A DNA stretch of 35,186 nucleotides from Catajapyx aquilonaris (lineage: Eukaryota), in assembly GCA_000934665.2 (NCBI GenBank), contig JYFJ02000986.1, positions 62,001 through 97,186 of the forward strand. The letters run 5' to 3'. A program made the position numbers and the translations under genes. The notes beneath the pieces were generated by a model. It was not told where the DNA came from, ran no database searches, and saw only the letters and a list, made by a program, of their open reading frames with translations. Of the stretch, positions 34,645-35,186 are shown in pieces; within the stretch, counting starts at the first letter, position 1; each line of letters begins with the position of its first letter.

Positions 34645-34679
34645 TAACCTAACCTAACCTAACCTAACCTAACCTAACC
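34645..34679 (-). repeat. Interstitial (TTAGG)7 arthropod telomere-type repeat
   Basis: (TAACC)7 on the plus strand, inside a segment bounded by cttgtgagg / cctcacaag inverted motifs. Confidence 0.9.
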
Positions 34680-35186
34680 TACAAAAAACACACGATATTT
34701 TGGTGACCTATTTTTTCACAGTAAAAAGGAGGTCTTGGTTTGATTTTCCGCCATCCTTGTGAGGACTGTGTACCTTATGAAGGCCTGAAAAAAGTCCTCG
34801 TAAGGTTTTCGGTCCTCACAAGTGTGACGCCAGGTTTACGGACAGTTGTTCACACGGGAGGGTGCGGCCAGTATGTCACTTGACCGGACCTGGTCCGGGC
34901 TTCCGCCAGCCTGGTATGGCTGGTGAGAGGGAAGCACTTCGTCCACTTCGTCTGTGGGTACGGACAGCCACCAATGCAGTATACGACCAGGTGGTACAGA
35001 TCCCTGCGGACCTGATCGTATAACTGATTAGAAGGTCTTATACGGCTACCACTTGGTAAAAGGTTGGTGGTACAGATCCCTGCGGACCGACCGATTACCC
35101 AGCGGTACCGATACCGTACCGTAACTTAGAAATGACAACAACGACTTTGCTCATACAACTTGGACCGGGCAGAGAGTAGGGTCAAG

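Noticed and set aside
34990..35088. 23-bp exact direct repeat with a 53-bp spacer, CRISPR-like
   Set aside because: Only two units, eukaryotic context and no cas genes; more likely an internal TE duplication.

Overview
Eukaryotic, probably arthropod DNA: it carries a (TTAGG)7 tract, tRNA-derived SINEs of insect type and a rosa/maT-like mariner remnant. It looks like a repeat-saturated intronic or intergenic region, and I can identify no intact host protein-coding gene. The only long ORF is ORF2 of a 5'-truncated non-LTR retrotransposon (APE-RT-RNase H-CCHC, R1/LOA-like) with two premature stops and an exact 14-bp TSD. It lies at the core of a deeply nested stack of non-autonomous DNA transposons (15852-22411), and a second four-level nest lies at 12807-14255. 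The window also holds about 20 MITE-like inverted-repeat elements; termini and TSDs suggest Tc1/mariner, pogo, PIF/Harbinger, hAT, P-like, Sola1-like, Kolobok-like and Chapaev-like families. Other features are two long foldback palindromes (465 bp and 1331 bp), an exact 63-bp inverted duplication 5.8 kb apart, candidate solo LTRs and two candidate small exons. Superfamily labels are inferred from termini and TSDs by eye, not from database hits. I found no convincing evidence of a new enzymatic system; the most unusual items are structural.
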